Shown: piece after piece, positions 23,821 through 36,457 of the stretch
Layout: every line of letters begins with the position of its first letter
How positions within the stretch are numbered: position 1 is the first letter of the stretch
Source of the DNA: Squalus acanthias
Taxonomy: Eukaryota
Direction: 5' to 3'
Length of the DNA stretch: 64,000 nt
NCBI GenBank assembly: GCA_030390025.1
Contig: CM059429.1
Location: 66,960,001 to 67,024,000 of the forward strand
Position numbers and translations under genes: made by a program
The notes under the pieces: model-generated
Seen by the model: the letters and a program-made list of their open reading frames with translations, nothing else
What the model was told of the DNA's origin: nothing
Database searches by the model: none

Positions 23821-24933
23821 GGCCTGGAATTTGCGGTCCCGATGACGGCGAACTGGCAGCGTTCGCCGTCATTCCGTCTTTGAAACTGACCGCAATTCGG
23901 GATTTAGTGCACGCGCAGCCTAATGTGGAAATCCTGAAGTTGTGGTCTGTCATTCACTGTTCCTCCACAGGCTGCACTGTGCTCCCACTCCCTCTCCCTC
24001 CCCCCTCGCTCACCCCCCACCGCCACACAGAGCCGGCAATCAGTGAAATCTCTCAAATCAGGGAAACTGATAAAAACTTCGGCTCTTCTGCAGTAATTCA
24101 CAGAATCACAGAATCCCCACAATGCAGATAGAGGCCATTTCGGCCCATCGAGCCTGCACCGACACATATCCCACCCTATTCCCGCATATTTAATCCCCCT
24201 AACACTAAGGGTCAATTTATCATAGACAAATCAACCTAACCCACACATCTTTGGACTGTGGGAGGAAACCGGAGCACCCGGAGGAAACCCACGCAGACAC
24301 GGGGAGAATGTGCAAACTCCACACAGACAGTCACCAGAGGCCGGATTCGAACCCGGGTCCCTGGCGCTGTGAGGCAACAGTGCTAACCACTATGCCACCG
24401 TGTTGCCCTCGCTGTTAAATTCCCCATTAAAAGTTAGACCCAAAGGGATTAAATGTAACTGGGGTTTTAACAGCATATTGACTGCTAAACAAAGGTTGTG
24501 GGCCTGAAAAACTAATTTTAATTTTGTACAGTGTCAAATTTATCCATTTAAATAAAATTTAAAATTAAGAAACTTTAAAAAAAATTTTTTATAAAGTTTG
24601 TTCATCTTTATTTCAGGTTTGCCTTTTGCCCATGTGAGAGCCCCAATTTTTGTTTTGCTCTCTCCAACATTTTTTAAAAGTTAGAATTTTACAAAATTAC
24701 CCACTTCCTTGTTCGCTGTCTGTGAGAATTCTGCGTTTTGATTGGCTGCTTAGACAGCTTGTGGACATCACAGCAGCTCGCACTAGGGGATTCCCACTGT
24801 ACTACGTTGATCTGAATTGAAGGTCGGAAAACCCGAACTTCTCGACACAGAGATCGCAAAATCTTTGTACGAAGCTTACTTCGGGGTTAGCGGCGAATGC
24901 ATTCGCTTCGCCACTGACCGCAAATTCCGAGCC
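23821..24933. mobile_element. Non-autonomous DNA transposon (Harbinger-like) carrying a nested SINE
   Basis: TIR ggcctggaatttgcggtc / gaccgcaaattccgagcc; paralogous copy at 38780-39462. Confidence 0.8.
24099..24408 (-). mobile_element. tRNA-derived V-SINE (shark HE1-like)
   Basis: Minus strand: A box ggtggcatagtggtt, B box ggttcgaatcc, V-domain gtggagtttgcacattctccccgtgtctgcgtgggtttcctccggg, CR1-like tail (attctgtg)n. Confidence 0.9.
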
Positions 24934-25411
24934 AATAACAAGCAAGATAATTTCACAGAAGCAGAAATACACAGTAAGCTACTGATGGAACAAATACTTA
25001 GAACACAACAATGATAGAATCAGACCACAAGAGGTTAACGTATGGAAGTAGAGTTTCCGATTTAGGTGCAATCAGCGATCCGGGCGCAAATTGCGCTAGT
25101 TTTGAAAAGTATTCTTTCTCCCCCCCCGCCCCCAAGTTTCCACACTCATTTGCATATCGCTGAACACAAAATCTGCCATGAACCAGCGTGATCAGACAGC
25201 GTTTCAGAGTGTTTGTTTTAAAAATACAGCTGAAAATGGGTTTATCACAAAAAATAAGCATTTTAATTAGAGTGTCTAGTCCACCATCAGCGAGTAACCC
25301 GATTTTAAATAACTGAAAATGACTTTAAAAAACTATACAGGATCATTTGCTAGTTATATTGGTGTACAGTAGTCAGTTTCTTAGTAAATTTTAAAAAATT
25401 ATATTCAGAAG

Positions 25412-25546
25412 CAATGTTCTCATTAATTTTTTTTGGGTGCGTGGCCCATTCAAAATACCACGCATGCGCGGTTTTTCCCATTGACCAGCCGGCCTTCCCG
25501 GGAGGTCCAGAGTGATGCGCGGTCGCACAGCTCAAAGGGAACATTG
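25412..25546. mobile_element. 135-bp hAT-type MITE with 8-bp TSD
   Basis: ttcagaag|caatgttctc ... gggaacattg|ttcagaag; nested in a probable larger degenerate element (~25045-25870). Confidence 0.88.
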
Positions 25547-26144
25547 TTCAGAAGCATTTAAAACGTGCCTATTAGTGTCCTTGCACCCAGAAGAATCAAC
25601 TTAATTTTAAGAGCCTCCTCAAAGGTTCGCAAACGAGCGCAATTAGCAGAAACTCGCCATAGTGATTAATTCAATCTGGGGGCATGGCCAGTTTTGCGGG
25701 CGGTGTCGACTTCGAACACGATGACTTTTAAACTGCTGCAAAAGATCGCGGAAACTATTTGCGCTGAGCTTAATTTGCACTTAAAATTCCCTGCTCTTTT
25801 CTGCTACTTTGGCCGATTTAGGGCGAATTGCGTCGAAAAAACCAGCACAACAGAGTGGAAACTCCAGGCCATGTTGCTTAGTACATACTGCTTACACCAG
25901 CCCATTTATCTGCAAGGCTTCTGGATGAAACAGGCTTCCATAGACTTCCCAATGAGATTGTTGTACATAAGCAGGTGCAAAATCCCTGCCCACTGCAGTC
26001 CCCAGTTGTTAATTAGACTGAGGTCAAACTGAACTAAAGTTGGGCAGAATTCTTTATGCTTAAAGAAGCTGTTCCTGTCACAGATGTTAATGCTGAGACA
26101 TTAACTATCTTACTCTTGAGCATGACCCCTGATGGTTCAGCCAA

Positions 26145-26860
26145 TTGAGCAGAGGGATCCGTGGGTACAAATACACAAATCACTAAAAGTGGCAACGCTG
26201 GTTAATAAGGCCATAAAAAAACAAACCAAGCACTAGGGTTTATTTCTAGAAGGATAAAATTGAAAAGTAGCAAAGTTATGCTAAACTTGTATTGAACCTT
26301 GGTTAGACCACACTTGGGGTACTGTGAATAGTTCTGGTCGCCATATTATAAAAAGAATATAAAGGCACTGGAGATGGCGCAGAAAAGATTTACAAGGATG
26401 ATACCAGAACTGCAAAGTTCGACCTATCAGGAAAGGATGAACAGGCTGGGTCTCTTTTCTCTTGAAAAGAAAAGGCTGAGGGGTGATCTAATAGAGGTCT
26501 TTAAATTATGAAAGGTTTTGAGAGCCGGCACAGAGAGTGTTTCCACTTGTGGGGAAGAGAAAAACTAAAGACCATCGATATAAGATAGTCATCAAGAAAT
26601 CAAATAGGGAATTCAGAAGAAACTTCTTTACCCAGAGAGTGATGAGAATGTGGAACTTGCTACCACAGAGAGTAGTTGAAGCGAATAGTACAGATACCTT
26701 TAAGGGGAAGCTGGATAAGCATATGAGGGAGAAGGGAATTGAGCGTTATGCTGAGAATTAGATGAGGAAGGATGGGAGGAGGCTCGAGTGGAGCATAAAC
26801 ACCAGCATGGACTGGTTGGGCCAAATGGCCTGTTTCTGTGCTGTATATTCTCTGTAATAA
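26145..26860 (+). mobile_element. CR1 LINE 3' fragment (subfamily A)
   Basis: RNFFTQRVMRMWN; 3' end ggccaaatggcctgtttctgtgctgt. Confidence 0.9.
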
Positions 26861-27332
26861 TGAATTTCATTTACTTTCTGCAGATCCACAGACTTGAATA
26901 CATCAGCATTTCAAAGAAAAATTGCCCAGCCACCAAGCAAATGTTGACTTCACCAGTTACTGAATAGAAACATTAACCAACAAAGGCTAGCTACCTCCCA
27001 TTGATATGTGCAAAAATCTGGACATCTTCTCATATAGGCCACTTGTCCAACAGAGACAAAAAAACACTTTTCAAGCTACAGCTAGCTGAAGCCAAGTTTT
27101 TATGCTCCTTTACAGTCATATGAAAAATAGATCAAATTATAAGTTTTCTTTATTTGACGCAAGACAAAACCCTCTACGATCATCAGCAAGTGTCTGGAAG
27201 GCAGTGTCTTAGGAGGTTGTAGGAAAGTGCAGAACTTGTGTTATGATATAATTCAAATTCCATTCGCACTGTTTTGACATCTGTCCATAAGTCGCGATTG
27301 TGCACATGCACATAATAGAATGGGTGATGAGT

Positions 27333-27750
27333 AAGAAAGGACTTGCATTTATATAGCACCTTATCACATCCTCAGGACATCCCAAAGCACTTTACAATAC
27401 AGGGATAGCTTCTGAAGTGCAGTCAAAAGTTATCACCTAAGCAAACACTGCAGCCAATTTGCACACAGAAAGATCCCACCGACAATGAAAGAATGACCAA
27501 ATAATCTGTTTTGGTGGTGGTTAAGGGAGGCATCTTGACCAGGAAACCAGAACTCCATGCTCTTCTTCAAATAGTGCCATAGGCTCTTTTACATCCACCT
27601 GAACGTCTCATCCAAAAGATAGCAACGCTCCTCAAGTACTGAACGAACGTGCCAGCCTAAGGTTATGTGCTTAAGTACATAGTGGGGCTTGAACTCTCAA
27701 CCTTCTAACTCAGAGACACAAGTGCATCGAATTGAATCCAGCTGACACTT
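27333..27750 (-). mobile_element. DeuSINE/SacSINE-like SINE
   Basis: Characteristic 3' end aagaaaggacttgcatttatatagcacc..cccaaagcactttaca; related pieces at ~90-150, 32195-32385, 43675-43925, 51395-51460. Confidence 0.65.
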
Positions 27751-27914
27751 AATAAGCACATCTGGTAAGTGTGCTAACTCAGAATGTGCTATCTGTTCCC
27801 TTCACAAAGCAAGGAGAACAAAACTCCCAGAATCTGAAGCAGAACAGTTGCCAGAATAAAGTCTTCATTAAGCACCAGCACAGACAAACGTGGTGAAAAT
27901 TAATTTGTGATATA

Positions 27915-28490
27915 GGGCTTTGGTGAGACCACACCTGGAGTACTGTGTACAGTTTTGGTCTCCTTACCTAAGGAAGGATATACTTGCCTTAGGTGGGGTG
28001 CAACGAAGGATCGCTAAATTGATTCCTGGGATGAGAGGGTTGTCCTATGAGGGGAGATTGAGTAGAATGGGCCTATATTCTCTGGAGTTTAGAAGAATGA
28101 GAGGTGATCTCATTGAAACGTATAAAATTCTTAGAGGGTTTGACAGGGCAGATGCTGAGAGACTGTTTCCCCTGGTTGGAAAGTCTAGAACTAGGGGTCA
28201 TAGTTTCAGGATAAGGGGTCGGCCATTTAGGATTGAGATGAGGAGAAACTTCTTCACTCAGAGGGTTGTGAATCTTTGGAATTCTCTAACCCAGAGGGCT
28301 GTGGATTCAATATATTCAAGACTGAGGTCGATAGATTTTTGGACACGAAGGGAATCAAGGGATATGGGGATAGGACGGGAAAGTGGAGTTGATGTAGCAG
28401 TTCAGCTATGATCTTATTGAATGGTGGAGCAGGCTCGAAGGGCCGTATGGCCTACTCCGGCTCCTATTTCTTATGTTATTATGTTCTTAT
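27915..28490 (+). mobile_element. CR1 LINE 3' fragment (subfamily B)
   Basis: LVRPHLEYCVQFWSP...RGDLIETYK...FFTQRVVNLWN; (ttatgttc)n tail. Confidence 0.93.
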
Positions 28491-29738
28491 ATAGCTGTAG
28501 AAGCACAGGGTGAGTCACAGTACTGGTTGTAAATGTACTGTTGCACAAATCGGTAAGTATGGCGAGAAGATGCTTCCAGCAGTGTCATGCATGGAGCAGC
28601 ACAGGAACAATCAATTGAAACATGTCAATAGCACATCACCATTAGAGGCCTGCTCCAGTAAGTGCCTCTGAAAGCTAAGAGTCCACATCAATCCAACAAT
28701 GGACACCCAGCACTGATGTAGGTCATTGAAGATACAAAGTATCTGTATCCCATACAACTTGCTAGTTGGCCATGCAGTGAACTAGTCACTGACATCATGT
28801 AGCAGCGTCACAGGGAGCTTCAATCTTACAAGCCTCACTTTTGGTCACAAAATTAACAGAAGGACATGATATTGCTCCATGAAACAGAAGAGTACTTCAA
28901 AAAGTATTCCCCCTCAACTTTCCAAAACTAAGCCACATGTTTTTGATGGTACGAATTTTTGACAGTATGAATCTTGGAGCAGAATGTCAGTCCCTTTCGG
29001 CTTTTTTGGCCGCAGAATACCAGGACTCCATTCATTTAGTTAAGTTTACAATTTGATTATTCCTCTTCTTGTCAGCAAAAAGCTGCATAATATTCTGCAA
29101 CGGAAGGACCCATATTACTGATTCCATTCAGTGAACCCTTCAATAGAATAGTTTAAAATAATCTGCAATAATGAATCTCAAATGCCATTTCATATGGATC
29201 AGAATATAATTTAATATGCAAAAGGGCATGTTGAGGATGAGGACCATATTTACATTCCTCCTTTCTTGAACTACATCAACTGGCTTGCTTGATACAGTGC
29301 ACCTTTGTTCTCCAAGTGGAATATTTGCAAGCAGCATATAGTGGAAAAATTTGAAGGGGGCTTTTCTTGATTTTGCTTAGAATAGGCCCAGCAGTTACTA
29401 ACAGATATTTATAACACATCCCTGCACCTGTTCCCACCATCACTGAAATAGCACAACTACTTTCCTGCTAATGACAGTGTGGGATGAACAGTTAAAATAA
29501 GATGGTGAATTTTCAACATCTGCACGCTTCATAACCAAGAGCAAATTAACAGCTTTACACCTCTGACTGCTGCACAAGTGGAGAATCTTAGATGGATTAC
29601 CACACAGAGACTGATCCAGAATACTGGAATCAGCAATCGTGTACTGCACACTCCAAACAATTTGCAAATGACAGGTGCACATTAGAAGAGGCGATATATA
29701 TTTATATATTAGCGGATCTCTTTGTAGCTCACATTAAG

Positions 29739-29833
29739 GTTCTGACGAAAGGTCACCGACCTGAAACATTAACTCTGTTTCTCTCTCCACAGATGTTGCC
29801 TGACCTGCTGAGTATTTCCAGCATTTTCTGTTT
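29739..29833 (+). mobile_element. Short Penelope-derived pLTR copy with hammerhead (29739-29773)
   Basis: gttctgacgaaaggtcaccgacctgaaacattaac...gacctgctgagtatttccagcattttctg. Confidence 0.8.
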
Positions 29834-30474
29834 ATAAGTGTGCGTTAGAAGGATAGAAGTGTTAAAACAATGGAATGCACAATGTAGTATTCAGCTGGTT
29901 ACGGTGAAGCTGTGTCCTTTTAAGGCCACAAAGTCTAATTACTAAATAAACAGAGTCTCAGAGCAATGAGGTTAATTGTTGTTTGATCACGAAACTTTGG
30001 AAATTTGAATAGGCGCGAGAGTTTCAGGCTCCAGCTCATTTTGTTTTGCATCTCTAATAAAGTGTGATGTCTGCACATGCCAACGATTGGTATGTCTAGC
30101 ACGCATTTCCAGTCTGTCACACTGCTCTGCCATATTTCAGGGGTCACTCTCAAGTGTCGATGTTATACTTCAAAGAAATGTATTAACCAACCAAGGATCT
30201 CTCCAAAAAGCCAGGATGTCTACAGCAGCTGCTTCTTAATTGACATTTGTATCAAACCAATGTTTACTTAATAGTAATAAGACTGTCCCCTTAAAGGAAC
30301 TTTAGCATAAGAAACTTTGCGGTTTACACATTAGTGCTCTTATCCTTTATAAACCATCATGTCCTCTGAGTTAACATGAGCAGTACCATGGGGATTGTAT
30401 ATATAGCAAAATAAATTTGACATCATCTGAACAAGGAAGAACAGCAGACATCAATTCAATACTAATTACTGTAC

Positions 30475-30573
30475 CTCTTTTAGACAAGTAGGAGACACTG
30501 TTGGCGACTGCTGCAGACTTTTCCTCAGATTTCAGGAACCCAAAATGGGAATAGTCATCCACACCGTCATTAG
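30475..30573 (-). CDS. UGGT1: UGGT1 exon (99 nt): ANDGVDDYSHFGFLKSEEKSAAVANSVSYLSKR
   Basis: cag|...|gtacag; VDDY..F..L....K.AAVANS..YL. Confidence 0.93.
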
Positions 30574-31337
30574 CTGTAACAAAATGTGGGTTCATTAAAG
30601 ATTTATAAGGGGCATTGTCTAATTCAACCTACAATTACTCATTGTTAAAGGACATTTGATCAAGTCTTGTAAAAGTCTATTCTGTAGAATGCTAAAAGTT
30701 CAATCTGCATGATAGAGTTAAAGATTTTCACGACACAGTTATCAGCCTATAATATTAGTACTGATATTTTAAAGCAGAAATATTTATATAAATTCTTCAT
30801 ACTTGAAGTGAGAACACATAGAGGCAGAAAACATACCTATTCCCCAATCTCTGCCAATGGAAAGTTCAGTTAAAGATTTCAAACTGGATTCAGTATCGAA
30901 TGAATGTTACATAATCAACTCCAGATTGTAAAGTCATTTACAAACAAGTAACTTTCCTCTTTTCTTTTCCTTTCCTCCGGCCCCATCAAGAGTGCAATAT
31001 TTGCTAGTTGAAGCTGCGTCACTCCATTATTTCCGATTTTCAGAGTAATGCACACGTGAGTCTAGTCTCCCTCAAACTTGATTTAATTATCAGTGCTGTG
31101 GAACAATGACCACTTCAGCAGGGTAAATGGAGCTCACAGTGCGGCCTGCCTGAAGTGAGTCGATACCTTCCATGGAGTAAGGAAATGAAGTTGCTCTTGG
31201 GGGTCCATTTAACTTCCTTTTTACATAGTGAATTGCTCAATAAAGACAGGCGTTATTCTCAAAGAAATGAAAAGTAGCAAGCTTCTGCAGCTTATCAAAA
31301 CACTTTGAGCCCAGCCCAAGACACTGATGACTCTTAC

Positions 31338-31458
31338 CGTTGGTAGACAAATCCAGGTACTCTCTCTCAGAGCTGAGAATCCTAGAATTGATTCTTGGAA
31401 CAATTGTCGGCTGATTCATTATGAAATCAACAACATCTTGGTCATTGTTCAGTTCACC
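31338..31458 (-). CDS. UGGT1: UGGT1 exon (121 nt): GELNNDQDVVDFIMNQPTIVPRINSRILSSEREYLDLSTN
   Basis: cag|...|gtaaga; VPRINSRIL...YLDL motif. Confidence 0.96.
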
Positions 31459-31519
31459 CTGAAAAGGACATGATTTTAAATTACTGGGAGGAAGAATGAA
31501 AGAAAAAGAACAAACTTTA

Positions 31520-32180
31520 CATCGAACAAACAGCACAGAAACAGGCCTTTTGGCCCAACTGGTCTCTGCTGGTGTTTATGCTACACGAGCCTCCTCCCAC
31601 CCTACTTCATCTAATGCTATCAACATATCCTTCTATTCCTTTTTTCCCTCATGTATTTATCCAGCTTCCCCTTAAATGCATCCATTCAATTCGCCAGAAC
31701 TACTCCTTGTGGTAGCGAGTTCCACATTCTCACCAATGTCTGGATAAAGAAGTTTCTCCTGAATTCCTTATTGGATTTATTGGTGACTATCTTATATTTA
31801 TGGCCCATAGTTTTGGACTCCCCCACAAGTCAAAACATTTTCTTTACGTCTACCTTGTCAAACCCCTGCATAATTTTAAAGACCTATGTTAGGTCACTCC
31901 TCAGCCTTCTCTTTTCTAGAGAACAGAGCCCCAGCCTGTTAAGTCTTTCATGATAGTTATAACCTATGTTTCCTGTAATTTTTTTTGACTAAGGGGCTGC
32001 GCGGGCCATTCAAAATACCGCGCATGCGTGGTTTTTACATTAAAATGCCGGCAAGCAGGCTGCGCGGGATCCCTGGAGCAGTGCACGGCTGCGCACCTTA
32101 CAGGGAGCACTGGTTATAACCTCTCAGTTCCGGTAACATCTTTATAAATCTTTTTTTGGCCTTCTCTGGTGCCTCTTCTA
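31520..32180 (-). mobile_element. CR1 LINE 3' fragment (subfamily A), interrupted by a hAT MITE
   Basis: Antisense to 26350-26850. Confidence 0.85.
31964..32112. mobile_element. 149-bp hAT-type MITE with 8-bp TSD
   Basis: gttataac|ctatgtttcctgtaa ... ttacagggagcactg|gttataac; core ccattcaaaatacc(a/g)cgcatgcg shared with 25412-25546. Confidence 0.85.
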
Positions 32181-32430
32181 TTATCAACTTTCATGGCAGC
32201 AGAACCTCCCAAAGCGCTTCAAAGCCAATGAAGTATTTTTGAAGCGTTATCGCTGTTGTAATGTAGGGAAATGCAGCAGCCAATTTGCATACACCAAGGT
32301 CCCACAAACAGCAATGAGATAAATGACCAGTGAATCTGTTTTAGTGATGTTTGTTGAAAGAAAAAAATTGACTAAGTCATTGAAGCAGACTACTACAAGT
32401 AAAAGTTACAAAAATGCATGTGTGTGTGTG

Positions 32431-33890
32431 AACATAAGAACATAAGAATTAGGAGCAGGAGTAGGCCATACGGCCCTTCAAGCCTGCTCCGCCATTCAAC
32501 AAGATCATGGCTGATCTTCGACCTCAACTCCACTTTCCCCCCCCGATCCCCATATCCCTTGATTCCCCTAGAGTCCAAAAGTCCATCTATCTCAGCCTTG
32601 AATACGCTCAATGACTCAGCATCCACAGCTCTTTGGGGCAGAGAATTCCAAAGATTCACAAGCTTCTGTGTGAAGAAATTCCTCCTCAGCTCAGTCTTAA
32701 ATGGCCGACCCCTTATCCTGAGACTATGCCCACTAGTTCTAGACTCTCCAGCCAGGGGGAAACAACCTCTCAGCATCTACCCTGTCAATCCTCCTCAGAA
32801 TGTTATATGTTTCAATGAGATCACCTCTCATTTCAGAGAGTATAGGCCCAATCTACTCCATCTCTCTTCATAGGACAATCCTCTCATCCCAGGAATCAAT
32901 CTAGTAAACCTTTGTTGCACTGCCTCTAAGGCAAGTATGTCCTTCCTCAGATAAGGAGATCAAAACTGTGCACAGTGCTCCAGGTGTGGTCTCATCAAGG
33001 CCCTGTACAATTGTAGTAAGACTTCCTTCCTCTTGTACTCCAACCCCCTTGCAATAAAGGTCAACATGCCATTTGCCTTCCTAATTGCTTGCTATATCTG
33101 CATGCTAACTTTGTGTTTCCTGTACAAGGACACCTAAATCTCTCTGAACACCAACACTTAATAGTTTCTCACCATTTAAAAAATATTCTGTTTTTCTATT
33201 CTTCCTACCAAAGTGAATAACCTCACATTTCCCCACATTATACTCCATCTGCCACCTTATTGCCCACTCACTTAACCTGTCAGTATCCCTTTGCAGGCTC
33301 TTTGTGTCTTCCTCACAGCTTACTTCCCCACCTAGCTTTGTATCAGCAAACTTGGATACATTGCACTCAGTCCCCTTCATCTAAGTCATTAATATAGATT
33401 GTAAACAGCTGAGGTCCAAGCACTGATCCTTGCGGCACCCCACTAGTTACAGCCCACCAACCGGAAAATGACACGTTTATCCCTACTCTCTGTTTTCTGT
33501 CCGTTAACCAATCCTCTTATCCATGCTAATACATTACCCCTAACCCCATGAGCCCTTATCTTGCTTAGCAATCTTTTATGCAGCACCTTATCGAATGCCT
33601 TTTGGAAATCCAAATATACTACATCAACTGGTTGCCCTTTATCTACCCTGCTAGTTACATTCGCAAAAAACTAATAAATTTGTTAAACACAATTTCCCTT
33701 TCATAAATCCATGCCGACTCTGCCTAATCATAATATGATTTTCTAAGTGCCCTGTTACTACTTCCTTAATAATGGATTCCAGCATTTTCCCGACGACTAA
33801 TGTCAGGCTAACTGGCCCGTGGTTCCCCCCTTTTCTCTCTCCCTTCTTTCTTGAATAGCGGTGTTACATTTGCTACCTTCCAATCCGTGT
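32431..33890 (-). mobile_element. CR1 LINE (subfamily B), degenerate
   Basis: Tail aacataagaacataagaa; antisense KFADTK, WKVANVTPLFKK. Confidence 0.93.
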
Positions 33891-33895
33891 GGCAT

Positions 33896-33987
33896 GGGGT
33901 GGGGGGGAGGGGGGAGGGGGGGAGGGGGGAGGGGGGAGGGGGGAGGGGGGGAGGGGGGGAGGGGGGAGGGGGGAGGGGGGAGGGGGG
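33896..33987 (+). repeat. (G5-7A)n purine tract, G-quadruplex-prone
   Basis: ~90 nt of G-runs separated by single A/T at the truncated 5' end of the CR1. Confidence 0.9.
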
Positions 33988-34467
33988 CAAAGCAAAATTC
34001 AGCAATTACAACAGTGTTCTGACTGTTCATCTAACTCTTTATTCATACAACTAATAATCCAAAGAATTTCTACTTTCAAGTATTTCTCACTGATACCCAA
34101 AATTTTCATTTTCAAATTGTACTTTCTTGACCAGGGAGTTAACAATACCACTTAATGCTATTTCACATACAATTATTTCAGTGTTTTACAGGGAAAGATT
34201 TATGAAGATTAAAATGTTTTAGCAATGTAATTATTTGGTTCTTCTGAGTTAATTTTTTTTTTAAATGCATCTTTTTTCTAATTCTTCATGAATTCAACTT
34301 CAATCAGACTCAGAGTAAAACATTAAAGCACCAAATCAATATCGATGTAACATTTTATCTCATGGAAACACGACATACAGCTTATCTCAATTATGAAAAA
34401 AGGAAAAGGGTCCTCCCGTAAGTGTTAGCTCTAATTAAATGAGCTCTGACATTACCCTTGAAAATAT

Positions 34468-34800
34468 AGGGTTGAGGGACTTCAGTTATGTGGAGAGACT
34501 AGAGAAGCTGGGATTGTTCTTCTTACAGCAGAGAAGGTTAAGAGGAGATTTGATAGAGGTGTTTGAAATCATGAATGGTTTTCATCGAGTAAGTAAAGAG
34601 AAACTGTTTCCAGTGGCAGGAGGGTCAATAACCAGAGGACACAGATTTAAGATCATTAGCAAAAGAACCAGAGGGGAGAAGTCGAGATTTTTTTTTCCCC
34701 ACACGTGTTGTTACGATCTGGAATGCACTGCCTGAAAGGGCGGTGGAAGCAAATTCAATAGTAACTTTCAAAAGGGAATTGGATAAATACTTGAAAAGGA
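34468..34800 (+). mobile_element. CR1 3' fragment
   Basis: RLEKLGLF..RRLRGDLIEVF..TRGHRFK. Confidence 0.88.
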
Positions 34801-34864
34801 AAAAAATATAAATACAACCAATGCATAGCAAGTTAAACAGCAGCGGATTTTAGAAACTTATGCT

Positions 34865-34979
34865 GGGTCTTTCAACTTCACAGGGGCAATGGAAATGGAA
34901 AAGAAAATTGCGCAGGGTGCATAACGGGCGGCAGATTCGATATTTGCCGTTTTACTCCCCCGCCAAAGTTTAAAGATCC
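34865..34979. mobile_element. Possible small MITE
   Basis: Imperfect TIR gggtctttcaactt / aagtttaaagatcc. Confidence 0.4.
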
Positions 34980-35049
34980 GCCACTACTCACTACAGACTT
35001 TTATGCAATTCTTGTTGAAATCGAGTTGCTAAATATACCTGATAAATTT

Positions 35050-35935
35050 TTTAATTAATTTATGGGATGTGGGCGTCTCTGGCAAGGCCAGCATTTATTG
35101 CCCATCCCGAATTGCCATTGAGAAGGTGCTGGTGAGCCGCCTTCTTGAACCGCTGCAGTCCGTGTGGTGAAGGTACTCCCACAGTGCTGTTACGGAGGGA
35201 GTTCCAGGATTTTGACCCAGCAACAATGAAGGATCAGCGATATACTTCTAAGTCAGGATGGTGTGTGACTTGGTGGGGAACTTGGAGGTGGTGGTGTTCC
35301 CATGTGCCTGCTGCCCTTGTCCTTCTAGATGGAAGAGGTCGCGGGTTTGGGAGGTGCTGTCGAAGAAGCCTTGGCGAGTTGCTGCAGTGTATCTTGTAGA
35401 TGGTACACACTGCAGCCACGGTACGCCGGTGGTGGAGGGAGTGAATGTTTAAGGTGGTGGATGGGGTGCCAATCAAGCGGGCTGCTTTGTCCTGGATGGT
35501 GTCGAGCTTCTTGTGTTGTTGGAGCTGCACTCATCCAGGCAAGTGGAGAGTATTCCATCACACTCCTTACTTGTGCCTTGTAGATGGTGGAAAGGCTTTG
35601 GGGAGTCAGGAGGTGAGACACTCGCCACCGAATACCTAGCCTCTGACCTGCTCTTGTTGCCACAGTATTTATTTGGCTGGTCCAGTTAAGTTTCTGGTCA
35701 ACCCCCAGGATGGCGATGGTAATGCCGTTGAATGTCAAGGGGCAGTGGTTAGACTCTTGCTTATTGGAGATAGTCATTGCCTGGCACTTCTGTGGCGCGA
35801 ATGCTACCTGCCACTGATCAGCCCAAGCCTGAACGTCGTCCAGGTCTTGTTGCATGCGGGCATGGACTCCTTCATTATCTGAGGAGTTGTGAATGGCACT
35901 GAACACTGTGCGAACATCCCCATTTCTGACCTGTA
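35050..35935 (-). mobile_element. Second-family LINE (CR1/L2 group), 3' fragment
   Basis: WADQWQVAFAPQKCQ...IYKAQVRSVMEYSPLAW...LDTIQDKAARLIG. Confidence 0.9.
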
Positions 35936-36292
35936 TAAATGATATACAAGACACGATGGCACCAAGAATCACACAGTACCACCATTTTGATGTTCCTCTG
36001 TTCTCTTTCAGAATTTTTGGGAGTGACATACCAACTGAAGTCCCAAGCACAATTCACCAATAGGAGACATTTTAAGTATTACAAATATATGCTGGATTCA
36101 TCACTGTAGAATCTTGGATTTAAATCAGTTCCATTCACACGTCAGCCCTCATGAAGATTCAAATGAAGCAACTATTCTTTCATGGTGTTCGTATTTGTAT
36201 GGTCTGTTGCAATGCAAATCAATCACAGCGACTGTTTGCTTTGCACCCAAGTCTAATTCAGGCAGGACAACATATTGTATAATATTACTTAC

Positions 36293-36457
36293 TAAGTAAA
36301 CAACTTTCTGGAAGTAGGCTGTATTGTCCAAGATCTTGTGCATAGTCACAGTTTCTAGCTCATCAGGATCCAGCTGTTCCCTCTGGTAAGGCATGCCATT
36401 GTAGAGGGCAATAGGCAGAGAGCCCAGACCTGCCTGCTTATAATAATCTTTACATTC
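36293..36457 (-). CDS. UGGT1: UGGT1 exon (165 nt): ECKDYYKQAGLGSLPIALYNGMPYQREQLDPDELETVTMHKILDNTAYFQKVVYL
   Basis: tag|...|gtaagt; NGMP..REQLDPDELET.TMHKIL motif. Confidence 0.96.

Noticed and set aside
24330-24408. tRNA gene
   Set aside because: The A/B boxes continue into a V-domain and a LINE-like tail, so this is a SINE head.
33803-34155. Pro-rich and Gly-rich ORFs
   Set aside because: These are translations of the G-tract.
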